A stretch of DNA of 64,000 nt from positions 6,669 to 70,668 of the IMG/VR virus record IMGVR_UViG_2974677434_000001. One strand, 5' to 3'. This stretch comes from a virus. Its lineage: Duplodnaviria; Caudoviricetes. Below are positions 25,537 through 34,171 of the stretch, piece after piece. Positions within the stretch are counted from its first letter, which is position 1. Each line of letters begins with the position of its first letter. The notes beneath the pieces are model-generated. The model searched no databases, had not been told where the DNA came from, and was given only the letters and a program-made list of their open reading frames with translations. Position numbers and translations under genes: made by a program.

Positions 25537-25926
25537 ATGTCCGTAGGACCGACCGCGTACCTGGTCAACAAGCTGCTCGACCACACCTTTCGCAACGTGG
25601 TCTATACGCCGCCCGCCGTCGTCTACGTCAAAATGCACACGGGCGACCCCGGCGCGGCGGGCGCGAACAACGCCAGCGCTCAGACGACGCGCATCGCCAC
25701 CTCCTGGTCGGCGGCAGCCTCGGGCCTGATCAACATCAGCGGTACACCGGAGAACACCCTCAACGCGACCGAGACAATCTCTCACGTTTCGTTCTGGGAT
25801 GCCCTCGGCCCGGCTGGCGGTAACTGCCTGTGGACCGCCCAGGCGACGGTCTCGAAGTCCGGCGCTAACCTCGACATCATCCGTATCACCTCGGTCCAGC
25901 TCGGCTTTACCGGCCTGGCAGCGTAA
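25537..25926 (+). CDS. minor tail / tail fiber-associated protein
   Basis: YVKMHTGDPG motif common in phage tail modules; TAGGAT 7 nt upstream (leaderless). Confidence 0.65.
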   Translation: MSVGPTAYLVNKLLDHTFRNVVYTPPAVVYVKMHTGDPGAAGANNASAQTTRIATSWSAAASGLINISGTPENTLNATETISHVSFWDALGPAGGNCLWTAQATVSKSGANLDIIRITSVQLGFTGLAA

Positions 25927-25934
25927 GGAGTACC

Positions 25935-26297
25935 ATGACCCTGAGCCAGCCCGTCAACATCGTCTGGGGTGTCCAGTGGGAGATTTTCGTCATGCCGCCC
26001 GCCTTCGAGGAGTCACGCCCGAAGGCCCCCGAGGCGATGAGCGACGACCCCACGCCCGAGGAGCAGCAGGCATGGCAGGACTTCCTCGCCGCCGACGCCG
26101 CCTTCGAGCAGCAGATGGTCACTCTGGCAGCCGACGAGGACAACTGGGCGACCACGGTCTCGGTCTCGGCCACGGGCGAGGAGGAGGCCCGCTCGACGCT
26201 GGCGATCCTCCGCGATTCCAACGAGGGCAACCCGTTTAACCGCAACTTCGTGCTGGTCCAGTCGGTCGAGCCGACCTGGACCGTGGTCGAGGACTAG
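25935..26297 (+). CDS. hypothetical protein
   Basis: AAGGAG SD; GC3-rich codons. Confidence 0.7.
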   Translation: MTLSQPVNIVWGVQWEIFVMPPAFEESRPKAPEAMSDDPTPEEQQAWQDFLAADAAFEQQMVTLAADEDNWATTVSVSATGEEEARSTLAILRDSNEGNPFNRNFVLVQSVEPTWTVVED

Positions 26298-26584
26298 CGC
26301 CAGACGGGCAAGAAGGGCTTCAGGAAGTCCGGCAGCAGCGTGTCGATGACGTCGTGGGCTGCCTTGCCCGCGTCCTGGACGTCGACCCGCCCGTCCTCGT
26401 TGACGTCGGCGATCGAGCGGACGTGCTCCATCGTCTTGTCGACGGCGGCGGTCACGATCGCGGGCAGGATCGGCGTGACGTACTTCGTGATGACCTGACC
26501 GACGAGCTTCTCGGCGACTGCCTGGGTGCGCTCGTCCTCGATCAGGCTGATGACAAACTCGCGTGCGGTGTCCTTGAAGGCCAT
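26294..26584 (-). CDS. hypothetical protein, leftward insert with EF-hand-like DVNEDGRVD segment
   Basis: TAGCCT 7 nt upstream of ATG on minus strand; coherent codon usage. Confidence 0.65.
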   Translation of the reverse strand: MAFKDTAREFVISLIEDERTQAVAEKLVGQVITKYVTPILPAIVTAAVDKTMEHVRSIADVNEDGRVDVQDAGKAAHDVIDTLLPDFLKPFLPVWR

Positions 26585-26615
26585 AGTCAGCAGGCTACGC
26601 CGCTACGATGAGGCG

Positions 26616-27260
26616 GTGACCTCGCCGACCGTCTGCCTCGCGGAGAATCTGGTCCTCGGCGACGACGGCAAGCTCCGCCTCGCGCCCTGGTCGGTACCCC
26701 GCAACGCCGTGGACGAGATCGTGCTGTCCGGCGGCGACACGACCAAGCTCCTGGTCACCGACGACCTGCCCGGTCGGCTGCTGATCAATCGTCAGGTGAA
26801 GTGGACCAACGACTCGCCGGTCGACCATACGGTCCGCGTCGAGGTCCACCGCCGCTATCGGCGCTGGGTGACGTCCAACCCCAACGCGGTGCAATTCCGC
26901 GACCGCTGGTCCTGGGCGATCAGCGAGAAGGGCGACGAGGTGGTCGACCCGGCGGAGCCGAACACCGCCGACACCTTCAACAGCCAGGCGGGCAGCGCGG
27001 GCGACATCGGGACCAACACCGTGGCCGAGCCGTTCCCCGGCAAGTTCTGGCACTGGTGGGGTACGACGGCGACCGAGGAGTGGCTCGGCCCCGTCCGGCC
27101 CGGCGCGACGATCGCGGTCTGGTATCGCTGCTACGTCTGGACGCCGCCGCCCTGGAGCGACAACGCCAACAAGAACGCGCCCGCGCACGAAGCCGAGGCG
27201 GGCTGGGCCAGGATCGCCCTCCAGGTGTTCCCGAAGCAGGGCGGGCTGGTGACCGGATGA
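26616..27260 (+). CDS. minor tail protein, paralog 1 of 3
   Basis: GTG 26616 with TACGAT 6 nt upstream; WTNDSP motif shared with next two genes. Confidence 0.65.
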   Translation: MTSPTVCLAENLVLGDDGKLRLAPWSVPRNAVDEIVLSGGDTTKLLVTDDLPGRLLINRQVKWTNDSPVDHTVRVEVHRRYRRWVTSNPNAVQFRDRWSWAISEKGDEVVDPAEPNTADTFNSQAGSAGDIGTNTVAEPFPGKFWHWWGTTATEEWLGPVRPGATIAVWYRCYVWTPPPWSDNANKNAPAHEAEAGWARIALQVFPKQGGLVTG

Positions 27261-27865
27261 GCTTGAAGCTGTGCTCGGGCGAGTACATGATCAGCGATAC
27301 CAACGGGCTGGGTGTCGCGCGCACCTGGCTGCCCGACATCCTGACCGAGCAATTCCTGGAGTCGACCAAGGACGGCGAGATCAAGCTCGCGCCGGACCCC
27401 GTGACGATGATCGACGGCGACCTGACCTGGTTCAACAACAGCCGCCACCGCGTCCGCGCCTGGGTGCTGGTCCACACCGCGCCTCGGACGATCATCGCCC
27501 AGAATCCCTCGACGGTCTGCATCCACGACGCCTGGAGCTTCCGCGTCGGGCGCAGCCCCGAGGCCGACTTCCCGAGCGCGATCGCCAACACCTTCGGCGG
27601 GCGGCTCCAGATCGACCGCGCCAGCGTCGCGGCGAACGATATTCAGTTCGCCCGGTACTTCCTCGACGGCGACGACAGCCAGACCTGGGTCGACCTCGGC
27701 GTCGTGCCGCCGATGCAGTCCTTCCACTTCCGCTACCGCGCCGCCGTCCAGACGCCCGGCACCTGGACCGCCCCCGGCCCCGACAGCGAGGTGACGCCGC
27801 GCTGGGAGGCTTACGCGCGGTGGACCCGGCTAGTGGCCCTCGGTGGCCCCGTAGGAGCGACATGA
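27257..27865 (+). CDS. minor tail protein, paralog 2 of 3
   Basis: ATGA overlap; WFNNS motif. Confidence 0.65.
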   Translation: MSLKLCSGEYMISDTNGLGVARTWLPDILTEQFLESTKDGEIKLAPDPVTMIDGDLTWFNNSRHRVRAWVLVHTAPRTIIAQNPSTVCIHDAWSFRVGRSPEADFPSAIANTFGGRLQIDRASVAANDIQFARYFLDGDDSQTWVDLGVVPPMQSFHFRYRAAVQTPGTWTAPGPDSEVTPRWEAYARWTRLVALGGPVGAT

Positions 27866-28485
27866 CGCTACCCCTGGACTGCTTCGACCCGAACCACTTC
27901 CAGATCGTGGACGGGGCCATTGCGCCGCAACCCTGGATGCAGTGGCGGCACCTCCGCCGCGTCGAGGCGGCGACCAAGACCCAGACCTATGCGGTGACCG
28001 GCGGGGCCAACAAGAACGACCTTCTCCACGCCCTCCAGCTCGGCTGGCTCAACGACACGCCCGTGCCGCAGTGGGTCTATGGGAAGATCACGCGCGGTGG
28101 CGCACGGGTCAGCCTGACCGCCCGCAGCCGTGGCTACCTCCAGCTCGCGTCCGGCTACAAGCTCGCGGCGGGCGACCCCGGCGCGCTGGTCGTCTGCGAT
28201 CGCTTCGGCGTCGGGGCCGACCTCGCGCGCTCCGGCACGCTGGGCACCGGGACGACCTTCGCCGTGATCGAGGAGCGCCAGCCCAGCAAGACGATCAACC
28301 TCGCGCCCGAGCGCACCGGCTGGCAGCGGGTCAACCCCGGCCAGTCGATCACCGCCCGCGCCGAGCTGCGCTTCATCAGCGAGTTCTGGGAGAACGCGAC
28401 GATTGACGGCGGCGACTCCGGCGCAGACTCCAGCATCGAGACCGGCGGGACGCGCCTCGATCTGTTCGCGGTGCCGGTAATCTAG
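27862..28485 (+). CDS. minor tail protein, paralog 3 of 3
   Basis: ATGA overlap with AGGAG SD; WLNDTP motif. Confidence 0.65.
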   Translation: MTLPLDCFDPNHFQIVDGAIAPQPWMQWRHLRRVEAATKTQTYAVTGGANKNDLLHALQLGWLNDTPVPQWVYGKITRGGARVSLTARSRGYLQLASGYKLAAGDPGALVVCDRFGVGADLARSGTLGTGTTFAVIEERQPSKTINLAPERTGWQRVNPGQSITARAELRFISEFWENATIDGGDSGADSSIETGGTRLDLFAVPVI

Positions 28486-28514
28486 GCGGGACATCCCCGA
28501 CCTCGGAGGGCAAT

Positions 28515-28889
28515 TTGGCGCTCTATCCCCCGCCTCCCGGCTACGTCGACTGCGAGTCCGACGCCGAGGACCACCCGACCCCGCCGGAGCGCGGCTACCA
28601 CGCGATCGAGGTCGAGGGCATCGGCACCTTCCACGCCCGCAAGCCCCTGCCCAACGCGATCCCGGCGCTGGCCGGAGCCGCCAACGCGAAGGTCAGCGGC
28701 TCCTCGCGCATCGACTACCTGACGATCTTCGTCCAGAACCACCTCGCCGACGGCGAAGCCGAGGCGCTGCTGGCGCGGATGATGGACCCCGACGAGGAGC
28801 TACCCGAGGACGCGATGCTGCGGGTCTCCCGCGCGATCGCCACGGCGGGCAGCGCCCGCCCTACTCCGCCGTCATCAACCTCGCGTTGA
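28515..28889 (+). CDS. tail assembly chaperone-like protein (paralog of 12547..13188)
   Basis: GGAGG SD before TTG; shares F(I/V)..HL...R(L/M)MDPDEE with the chaperone at 12547. Confidence 0.6.
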   Translation: MALYPPPPGYVDCESDAEDHPTPPERGYHAIEVEGIGTFHARKPLPNAIPALAGAANAKVSGSSRIDYLTIFVQNHLADGEAEALLARMMDPDEELPEDAMLRVSRAIATAGSARPTPPSSTSR

Positions 28890-29200
28890 TGGCGGCTCAC
28901 AACTGGCGCTCACTCCGCGAGCGCGCCGCGTCCAACGGCATCGGCAACCTGATGGAGCTGCCGACGATGCACGTCGTCCTGGACATGATCGAGCAACTGG
29001 GAGCCGAGGCCAGCACCGCCGGGGCCAAGACCCAGCAGGAGGCGAAGTCGTCGCTCGACGCCTACTTCGACAAGCTCTATAAGCCCGACAAGATCACCCA
29101 GCGCATCAACGGCGACGGGTATCTGCCGCCGCCTCCTGGCTTCTCCGACGAGGAGGTCGAGGCCAGCTTCGACGCCTTCCTGGCCAACCCGATGCGGTGA
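28889..29200 (+). CDS. chaperone GT-like C-terminal partner
   Basis: -1 frame relative to upstream gene, TGATG overlap; ends in acidic PPGFSDEEVEASFDAF. Confidence 0.55.
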   Translation: MAAHNWRSLRERAASNGIGNLMELPTMHVVLDMIEQLGAEASTAGAKTQQEAKSSLDAYFDKLYKPDKITQRINGDGYLPPPPGFSDEEVEASFDAFLANPMR

Positions 29201-29211
29201 CGCTCGGGGAA

Positions 29212-29233
29212 TTGCCCGCCGACCCGATACCCT
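29212..29233 (+). promoter_or_regulatory. putative late, leaderless promoter
   Basis: TTGCCC-N10-TACCCT, ATG 7 nt downstream. Confidence 0.55.
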
Positions 29234-29240
29234 GGCCATC

Positions 29241-29651
29241 ATGGCGATCACCTCCGTATTCTTCGACACGGCTGCCGCGCCTGGGTCGAAGCTCGATCCA
29301 GAGGTCGCGGCGGAAGTCGAACACCTGGCCCCTGGCCTGGAGGCGGGCGAGGTCGGCGAGACCGAGCTGGCCAACGATGCCGTCACCCGCGACAAGATCG
29401 CGCCCGGCGCGGTCGGCAGCGTCGAGATCGGCGCGGACCAGGTGGACACCGAGCACTACGCGCCCGACAGCGTGGACACCGCCGCGATCGCGCCGGACGC
29501 GGTGACGGCAACCGAGGCGGGCATCGGCGTGTCGACCGCCTACGACATCAACGGCAACCCCATCGAGGACAAGCGGGTTTACTGCACCGCCGCGCAATAC
29601 GCCGCGCTCGCCGTAAAAGACCCCAACACTGAGTACCTGGTGAGCGCCTAA
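29241..29651 (+). CDS. tail fiber-like repeat protein
   Basis: 10-residue repeats (LANDAVTRDK/IAPGAVGSVE/IGADQVDTEH/YAPDSVDTAA/IAPDAVT) and C-terminal AQYAAL.VKDPNTEY motif. Confidence 0.6.
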   Translation: MAITSVFFDTAAAPGSKLDPEVAAEVEHLAPGLEAGEVGETELANDAVTRDKIAPGAVGSVEIGADQVDTEHYAPDSVDTAAIAPDAVTATEAGIGVSTAYDINGNPIEDKRVYCTAAQYAALAVKDPNTEYLVSA

Positions 29652-29654
29652 GCG

Positions 29655-30842
29655 ATGCCAGGCTATCGCGGCTCGACGCCGATCATCGCCCGCTACCGGG
29701 GAGGCACGCCGATCACGCGGGTCTACCGTGGCAGCACGCTGGTCTGGAGCGCCGCGACCGTGCGCGACCCCTTCGACTGCCTCAACGAGACCAACCCGCT
29801 GGACTGCCTGCTCGACTGGATCAACGAGCAATGTACCGACCCCGGCGGACTGTTCGCCGACCCCTTCGGCGCGCTGGTCGATGGCCTCGGCAACCCCGTC
29901 GGCCAGATCACGAAGTTTGTCCAGGAGGGCTACGACCGTATCGGCACCCTGGTGTCCGGCGCGAACACCTCGCTGGCTGACGCCTACTGCGGGATGTGGG
30001 GCGGCACCGCTCCGCCGGACGGGCTGCTCGGCCTGGTCAACGGCATCCCCGTGTTTGGCCCGATCGTGTCCGGCGGCATCAAGGCGCTGATTGACCTGCT
30101 CGACTCGATCTTCGGCACGGGCGGCGATCCCGTCGAGGCCATCACCTCGATCATCGGCAACGTCCCGATCGTCGGCGACGTGGCGAAGATGATCGGCCTG
30201 GTGCCCGGCGAGGGTGGCCTGCTCGGCGAGGGCCTCAACTTCGTGACCGACGCCTTCGGCGAGGTCATCGGCTCGATTACCTGCGGGGCCTACACGGGCG
30301 TCGGCGGCATCGGCGAGGGCATCTGCTTCGTGATCGGCGTCGTGGGCAACGCGGCGCGGATGATCATCCCCGACGGCTTGATGAGCCTCAACCCGCAGGT
30401 CTCGCGCCTGCGCCACTCGATCCCGCTGCTGAGCGACGACGGCTTCCTGGAGACCGAGGTCGCCGAGATCGGCTCGCCCGGCATGGTCACCCAGCTATTC
30501 CGCCGCTACGCCAACGACGGCAGCGGCGCTCGCGGCGTCGGTCTCCACCTCCAGGACAGCGTTGTCTCGCTCGTCCGGCGCGTCGGCGGCGTCGACTCGA
30601 TCGTGACGCCCGGCGGTCTCGGGGCCTTCGGTCCGGCCAGCCGCCTGCGCCTGGTCCAGCAGGGCAACACTCACACCGTCCTGCGCGACGGCGAGCCGCT
30701 GGGCCTGCCCTGGGTCGACGGCACCGGCACCGCCGCGACGGGCGCGCTCAACCGCTCGGTCGCCATGCGGATGAGCGGGGCCAAGGAGCTGTTTGGTACG
30801 CGGAAGTTCTCGCCGACGCTGAGCTACGTCGAGGCGGCGTAG
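29655..30842 (+). CDS. minor tail protein with YRG(S/G)T triple repeat and beta-rich C-terminal domain
   Basis: MPGYRGSTPIIARYRGGTPITRVYRGSTLVW; last gene of the tail module. Confidence 0.65.
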   Translation: MPGYRGSTPIIARYRGGTPITRVYRGSTLVWSAATVRDPFDCLNETNPLDCLLDWINEQCTDPGGLFADPFGALVDGLGNPVGQITKFVQEGYDRIGTLVSGANTSLADAYCGMWGGTAPPDGLLGLVNGIPVFGPIVSGGIKALIDLLDSIFGTGGDPVEAITSIIGNVPIVGDVAKMIGLVPGEGGLLGEGLNFVTDAFGEVIGSITCGAYTGVGGIGEGICFVIGVVGNAARMIIPDGLMSLNPQVSRLRHSIPLLSDDGFLETEVAEIGSPGMVTQLFRRYANDGSGARGVGLHLQDSVVSLVRRVGGVDSIVTPGGLGAFGPASRLRLVQQGNTHTVLRDGEPLGLPWVDGTGTAATGALNRSVAMRMSGAKELFGTRKFSPTLSYVEAA

Positions 30843-30997
30843 CGCAGGCGCAGCGCCAGCAGGATCAGCACGACCCCGACCAGGATCAGCCACGGCGTCG
30901 AGTCGGGCGTCAGCACCCAGGCCAGCAGCACCAGGAGGCCGGTCCCGCCAACTGTCCACTCGTTGACGGGCCAGCCTCGCCGGGTGTAGCGGGTCAC
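30824..30997 (-). CDS. small membrane protein (57 aa)
   Basis: GTGA overlap with AlpA-like stop; two hydrophobic segments. Confidence 0.55.
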   Translation of the reverse strand: MTRYTRRGWPVNEWTVGGTGLLVLLAWVLTPDSTPWLILVGVVLILLALRLRYAAST

Positions 30998-31209
30998 GCT
31001 CCGCGCGAGCCGTGCCACCCACGACCGGGGCGCATGGCGTGCCAGGCGTCGATGGTCTCGGGCAACCAGCCCTTGTGCTTGCCGACCTCGACGTCGTGGG
31101 GCGGCAGCTCGATGCCGTTGAGATTGCGCACGTTCTTGATGCCGATACGGTGCGCCACGTCGGTGCGCGACAGGTAGCGCTTCACCTCGGGCGGCGCGGC
31201 GGTGGTCAT
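30994..31209 (-). CDS. AlpA/excisionase-like winged-HTH DNA-binding protein
   Basis: YLSRTDVAHRIGI...GWLPETIDAW; GAGGAG SD. Confidence 0.7.
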   Translation of the reverse strand: MTTAAPPEVKRYLSRTDVAHRIGIKNVRNLNGIELPPHDVEVGKHKGWLPETIDAWHAMRPGRGWHGSRGA

Positions 31210-31628
31210 CAGGTACTCCTCTGCTTGGACTTACCCGACATCGTAAGGGTGATAGGGGCGTCGGCGCTAGTCTCGACCGCCGCGCGTCCGGCGACGAGGC
31301 GCTCCCACTCCTTGCCCGGCGACCCGTCCTCGATCACCTCGATGACCAACGGGGTGCCGTGCTCGTCGGCGTGCTTCTCGGCCTCGTCGCAGACGCGCTC
31401 GACCTGGTAGGCGAAGGCGTCGGCCAGCTCCTCGATCATGCCCAGGAGGCCAGGAGGGCAGGCGTCGCGCCCGTTCTCGATGCGCTGGTAGTCGCGGCGG
31501 TCCTTGCCCATCCGGTCGGCCATATCGCGCTGGCTCAGCCCGATGTAGAGCCGCAGCGCGCGGATGTGCTCGCCCAGACCGTGGGTGTAGGTCTCGGGGC
31601 GGCGGGTCGCGGTGGCGGTGTCGGTCAT
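31209..31628 (-). CDS. XRE-family HTH DNA-binding protein
   Basis: LGEHIRALRLYIGLSQRDMADRMGKDRRDYQRIENG; AAGGAG SD before ATG 31628 (GTG 31724 is an alternative start). Confidence 0.8.
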   Translation of the reverse strand: MTDTATATRRPETYTHGLGEHIRALRLYIGLSQRDMADRMGKDRRDYQRIENGRDACPPGLLGMIEELADAFAYQVERVCDEAEKHADEHGTPLVIEVIEDGSPGKEWERLVAGRAAVETSADAPITLTMSGKSKQRST

Positions 31629-31720
31629 GTCGTGCTCCTTCGTGGGGTGGTAAGTGGCGACCACGACGGTCCTCTCGGGGTAGAGGACCATCGTGGCCAG
31701 GGCTAGCAGGTCGGTCTGGT

Positions 31721-32524
31721 TCACCAGCCGAATTTCTTCCGGCAGTCGGGGCCGATGCCCGCCTCGCGGCTGGTCTTGTTGGTCAGCCGGGTGTGGCAGA
31801 CACCGCACTTCTGGACCGCGTGCCCGTAGCGGATGCTCGCGGCGGCGGGGTCGACGGCGATCTGGGCCAGGACCGTGGCGGCAGCCTTGCCGCGCACCGG
31901 CTGCTCCTCGGGGCCGACGATCTGGTTGACGAACACCCGGCCCGCCCAGCGTCCCTCGGTCGGGCGGTCGACCTTGTAGAAGGCCAGATCGTTGCCGACC
32001 GAGGAGTCCTTCAGCTCGACGGCGTAGCGCCCGGCGGGCACCTCGACCGAGGAGTCCTCGCTGCCCTGCTGGACCGAGGCCCGCGTGTCGATCGCCGAGC
32101 CGGGCTGGTCGGCCAGCCAGCCGATCAGCTTCGACGCGCCCTCCTTGGACAGCGGCGCGTAGAGCTTCTCCGCCGACAGCGTGCCGGTGATGTGGGCCGG
32201 GTCGGTGACCATCGCCAGGTGGGCGAGGATCGCGTTGGCGCGCTCGCCGTAGGCGGCACCGCGACCGACGGCGTTGTGGATCGCACGCGACACGGCGGGC
32301 GGCGTCGAGTCGGCCATCGGGTTGACCGCCCAGGTCAGCACCAGCTTGATGACGGCGGCGCGCTCGACGTATCCGGCCTGCGAGCTGTCGGCCCAGCGGC
32401 GGTCGTCCAGCATCGGCATCAGCGCGCGGGTGATCTGCGCATCGGTGGCCGGGCGGACGTCGGCCTGGGTGACCTCGACGCTGTTGTCGAGTCCGGCGAT
32501 CTGGGTCTTGAAGGGGCTTGCCAT
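31721..32524 (-). CDS. hypothetical protein with C-terminal DUF6011-like Cys4 zinc finger
   Basis: KCGVCHTRLTNKTSREAGIGPDC; AGGAG SD and promoter cassette before ATG 32524. Confidence 0.7.
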   Translation of the reverse strand: MASPFKTQIAGLDNSVEVTQADVRPATDAQITRALMPMLDDRRWADSSQAGYVERAAVIKLVLTWAVNPMADSTPPAVSRAIHNAVGRGAAYGERANAILAHLAMVTDPAHITGTLSAEKLYAPLSKEGASKLIGWLADQPGSAIDTRASVQQGSEDSSVEVPAGRYAVELKDSSVGNDLAFYKVDRPTEGRWAGRVFVNQIVGPEEQPVRGKAAATVLAQIAVDPAAASIRYGHAVQKCGVCHTRLTNKTSREAGIGPDCRKKFGW

Positions 32525-32599
32525 GATGTTCTCTCCTGGTCCGGCGGGTCCATCCCGCCTCACATCCACGAAGTTACCCGACATCGGCAGGCTTGTCAA
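32525..32599 (-). promoter_or_regulatory. early cassette copy 3
   Basis: TTGACA(32599-32594)-agcctgccgatgtcggg-TAACTT(32576-32571), hairpin GGCGGGATGGACCCGCC, SD. Confidence 0.85.
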
Positions 32600-32618
32600 C
32601 ACGCCGAGAATCCCCGAC

Positions 32619-32640
32619 TTGCACGGGGAAGTCGTACCGT
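32619..32640 (+). promoter_or_regulatory. putative late, leaderless promoter of lysis cassette
   Basis: TTGCAC-N10-TACCGT, GTG 7 nt downstream. Confidence 0.6.
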
Positions 32641-32647
32641 TGTGGAC

Positions 32648-34171
32648 GTGACCCTCGGGATGATTCTGGAGAACGGCTGGCCGGAGTGTGACCCTGCCGA
32701 CTGCGACACCCTGACGATCCCCGGCAAGCCCCTTCGCCTGCTGATCCAGCGAGGTCAGCCCCACATCATCATGCAAGCGTTCTTCCGCGATGTGGACGCC
32801 TTCATCGAGCCAGCCGACAACAGCCGGGGCTACAACGACGAGGGAAGCTGGACCCAGGACAACAGCGTCTACACGTCAAACCACAAGGGCGCGACCGCCG
32901 TCGATTGGAACTGGAGCGACCACCCGCTCGGCGTGAAGGACGGCGGCTGGGGCGGCTCGATCCTGATCAACGGCAGCCAGGTGCCCGCCATGCGCGAGCT
33001 GCTCGCCTGGTATGAGGGCATGATCTTCTGGGGTAACGACTGGCGCTCGCCGGTCGACTCGATGCACTTCCAGATGGGCTACAACACCTACGGCTCGCAG
33101 AACGTCGCGCGGGTCCAGTCCTTCATCGACCGCAAGATCAGGGCCGACGGCTACTCGACCTTCCGCCGGGGCGGCGTACCCCGAGGCGGCGGGACGGCGA
33201 CCGCGCCCACCGCTCCGGCCAACCCCATCCCGCCGAAGGTCGGCCTGACCGGCGCGGTCCTCTGGGACATCGCCGGACGCCCGCAGCGGGTCTCGATCGC
33301 CCGCTACGACGAGCTGCTCCCGCGCCTGGTCGAGTGCCAGGAAGCCTGCGGTTGCGACACGATCGACCGCCGCGCGATGTGGTACGCGCAGGTTTTCCAT
33401 GAGTCCGGCGGGCTGTTCTACACCGAGGAGATTGCCTCGGGCGACGCCTACGACACGCGCACCGATCTGGGCAATACCCCGCAGGTCGACGGCGACGGTC
33501 GGCTCTACAAGGGCCGGTCATATATCCAGGTCACGGGCAAGAACAACTACGCGAAGATGTCCGGCTGGGCCTTCGAGCACGGCTACGTCCCGACCCGCGA
33601 CTACTTCGTCGTCCACCCTGACCGGCTCGATGACGACGAGTATGCCTTCCTCGGCGTGACCTGGTACTGGACCACCCAGCGACCGATGAACGCCGCCGCC
33701 GACGCCCGCAACCTGGAGCTGGCGACCCGCTACGTCAACGGCGGTCAGAATGGCCTGGCCGACCGTCGGGCGATCTACAACCGAGCGCTCGCGCACAACG
33801 CCGAGCTGATCCCCAACCTGGCCCCGACTGACCCCTGGGAGGCACTGATGGCCGACAACACGCCCGAGCAGTCGCGCTCGATCTACCGGAGCGATGACGT
33901 CAAATTCCTGACCGCCCGCGATGCGGTCTACAACATCGACGGGATGTGCCACGGCGCGCTCGTCGTGGAGCCTGCCGCGCTGCGCGGCGAGCCGTGGGCA
34001 GTCAAGGCGGTGGCCGAGCTTGCCGCCGGTACCGCGCCGGGTGCCCATATGTGGTGGGACCACTCGAAGCCCGACACCTGGGCGATCGAGCGGGCGAAGT
34101 CAGTCCTCGCGTGGGTACCCACCGAGGCCAAGGAGCGCGCCCTGGCGGCGCAGAAGGTGAGCACCCGATGA
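32648..34171 (+). CDS. lysA: endolysin: M15-like peptidase + GH19 glycoside hydrolase + C-terminal domain
   Basis: SNHKGATAVD...WGNDW...DSMHFQ (peptidase); HESGG...YKGRSYIQVTGKNNY (GH19). Start GTG 32648 or ATG 32660. Confidence 0.9.
   Translation: MTLGMILENGWPECDPADCDTLTIPGKPLRLLIQRGQPHIIMQAFFRDVDAFIEPADNSRGYNDEGSWTQDNSVYTSNHKGATAVDWNWSDHPLGVKDGGWGGSILINGSQVPAMRELLAWYEGMIFWGNDWRSPVDSMHFQMGYNTYGSQNVARVQSFIDRKIRADGYSTFRRGGVPRGGGTATAPTAPANPIPPKVGLTGAVLWDIAGRPQRVSIARYDELLPRLVECQEACGCDTIDRRAMWYAQVFHESGGLFYTEEIASGDAYDTRTDLGNTPQVDGDGRLYKGRSYIQVTGKNNYAKMSGWAFEHGYVPTRDYFVVHPDRLDDDEYAFLGVTWYWTTQRPMNAAADARNLELATRYVNGGQNGLADRRAIYNRALAHNAELIPNLAPTDPWEALMADNTPEQSRSIYRSDDVKFLTARDAVYNIDGMCHGALVVEPAALRGEPWAVKAVAELAAGTAPGAHMWWDHSKPDTWAIERAKSVLAWVPTEAKERALAAQKVSTR

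Noticed and set aside
30994-31628. Lysogeny module (repressor/excisionase)
   Set aside because: No integrase, parAB or att-like sequence is visible in the window; the remaining few kb of the genome are unseen.
31793-32647. 792-aa version of lysin A
   Set aside because: The N-terminal 285 codons are antisense to 31721..32524 and run through a promoter cassette; the real start is 32648 or 32660.
32525-32776. Upstream extensions of leftward ORFs through the cassettes (also 3681, 10390, 61314, 62862, 63862)
   Set aside because: They translate the promoter and hairpin; strong SDs mark the downstream ATGs.
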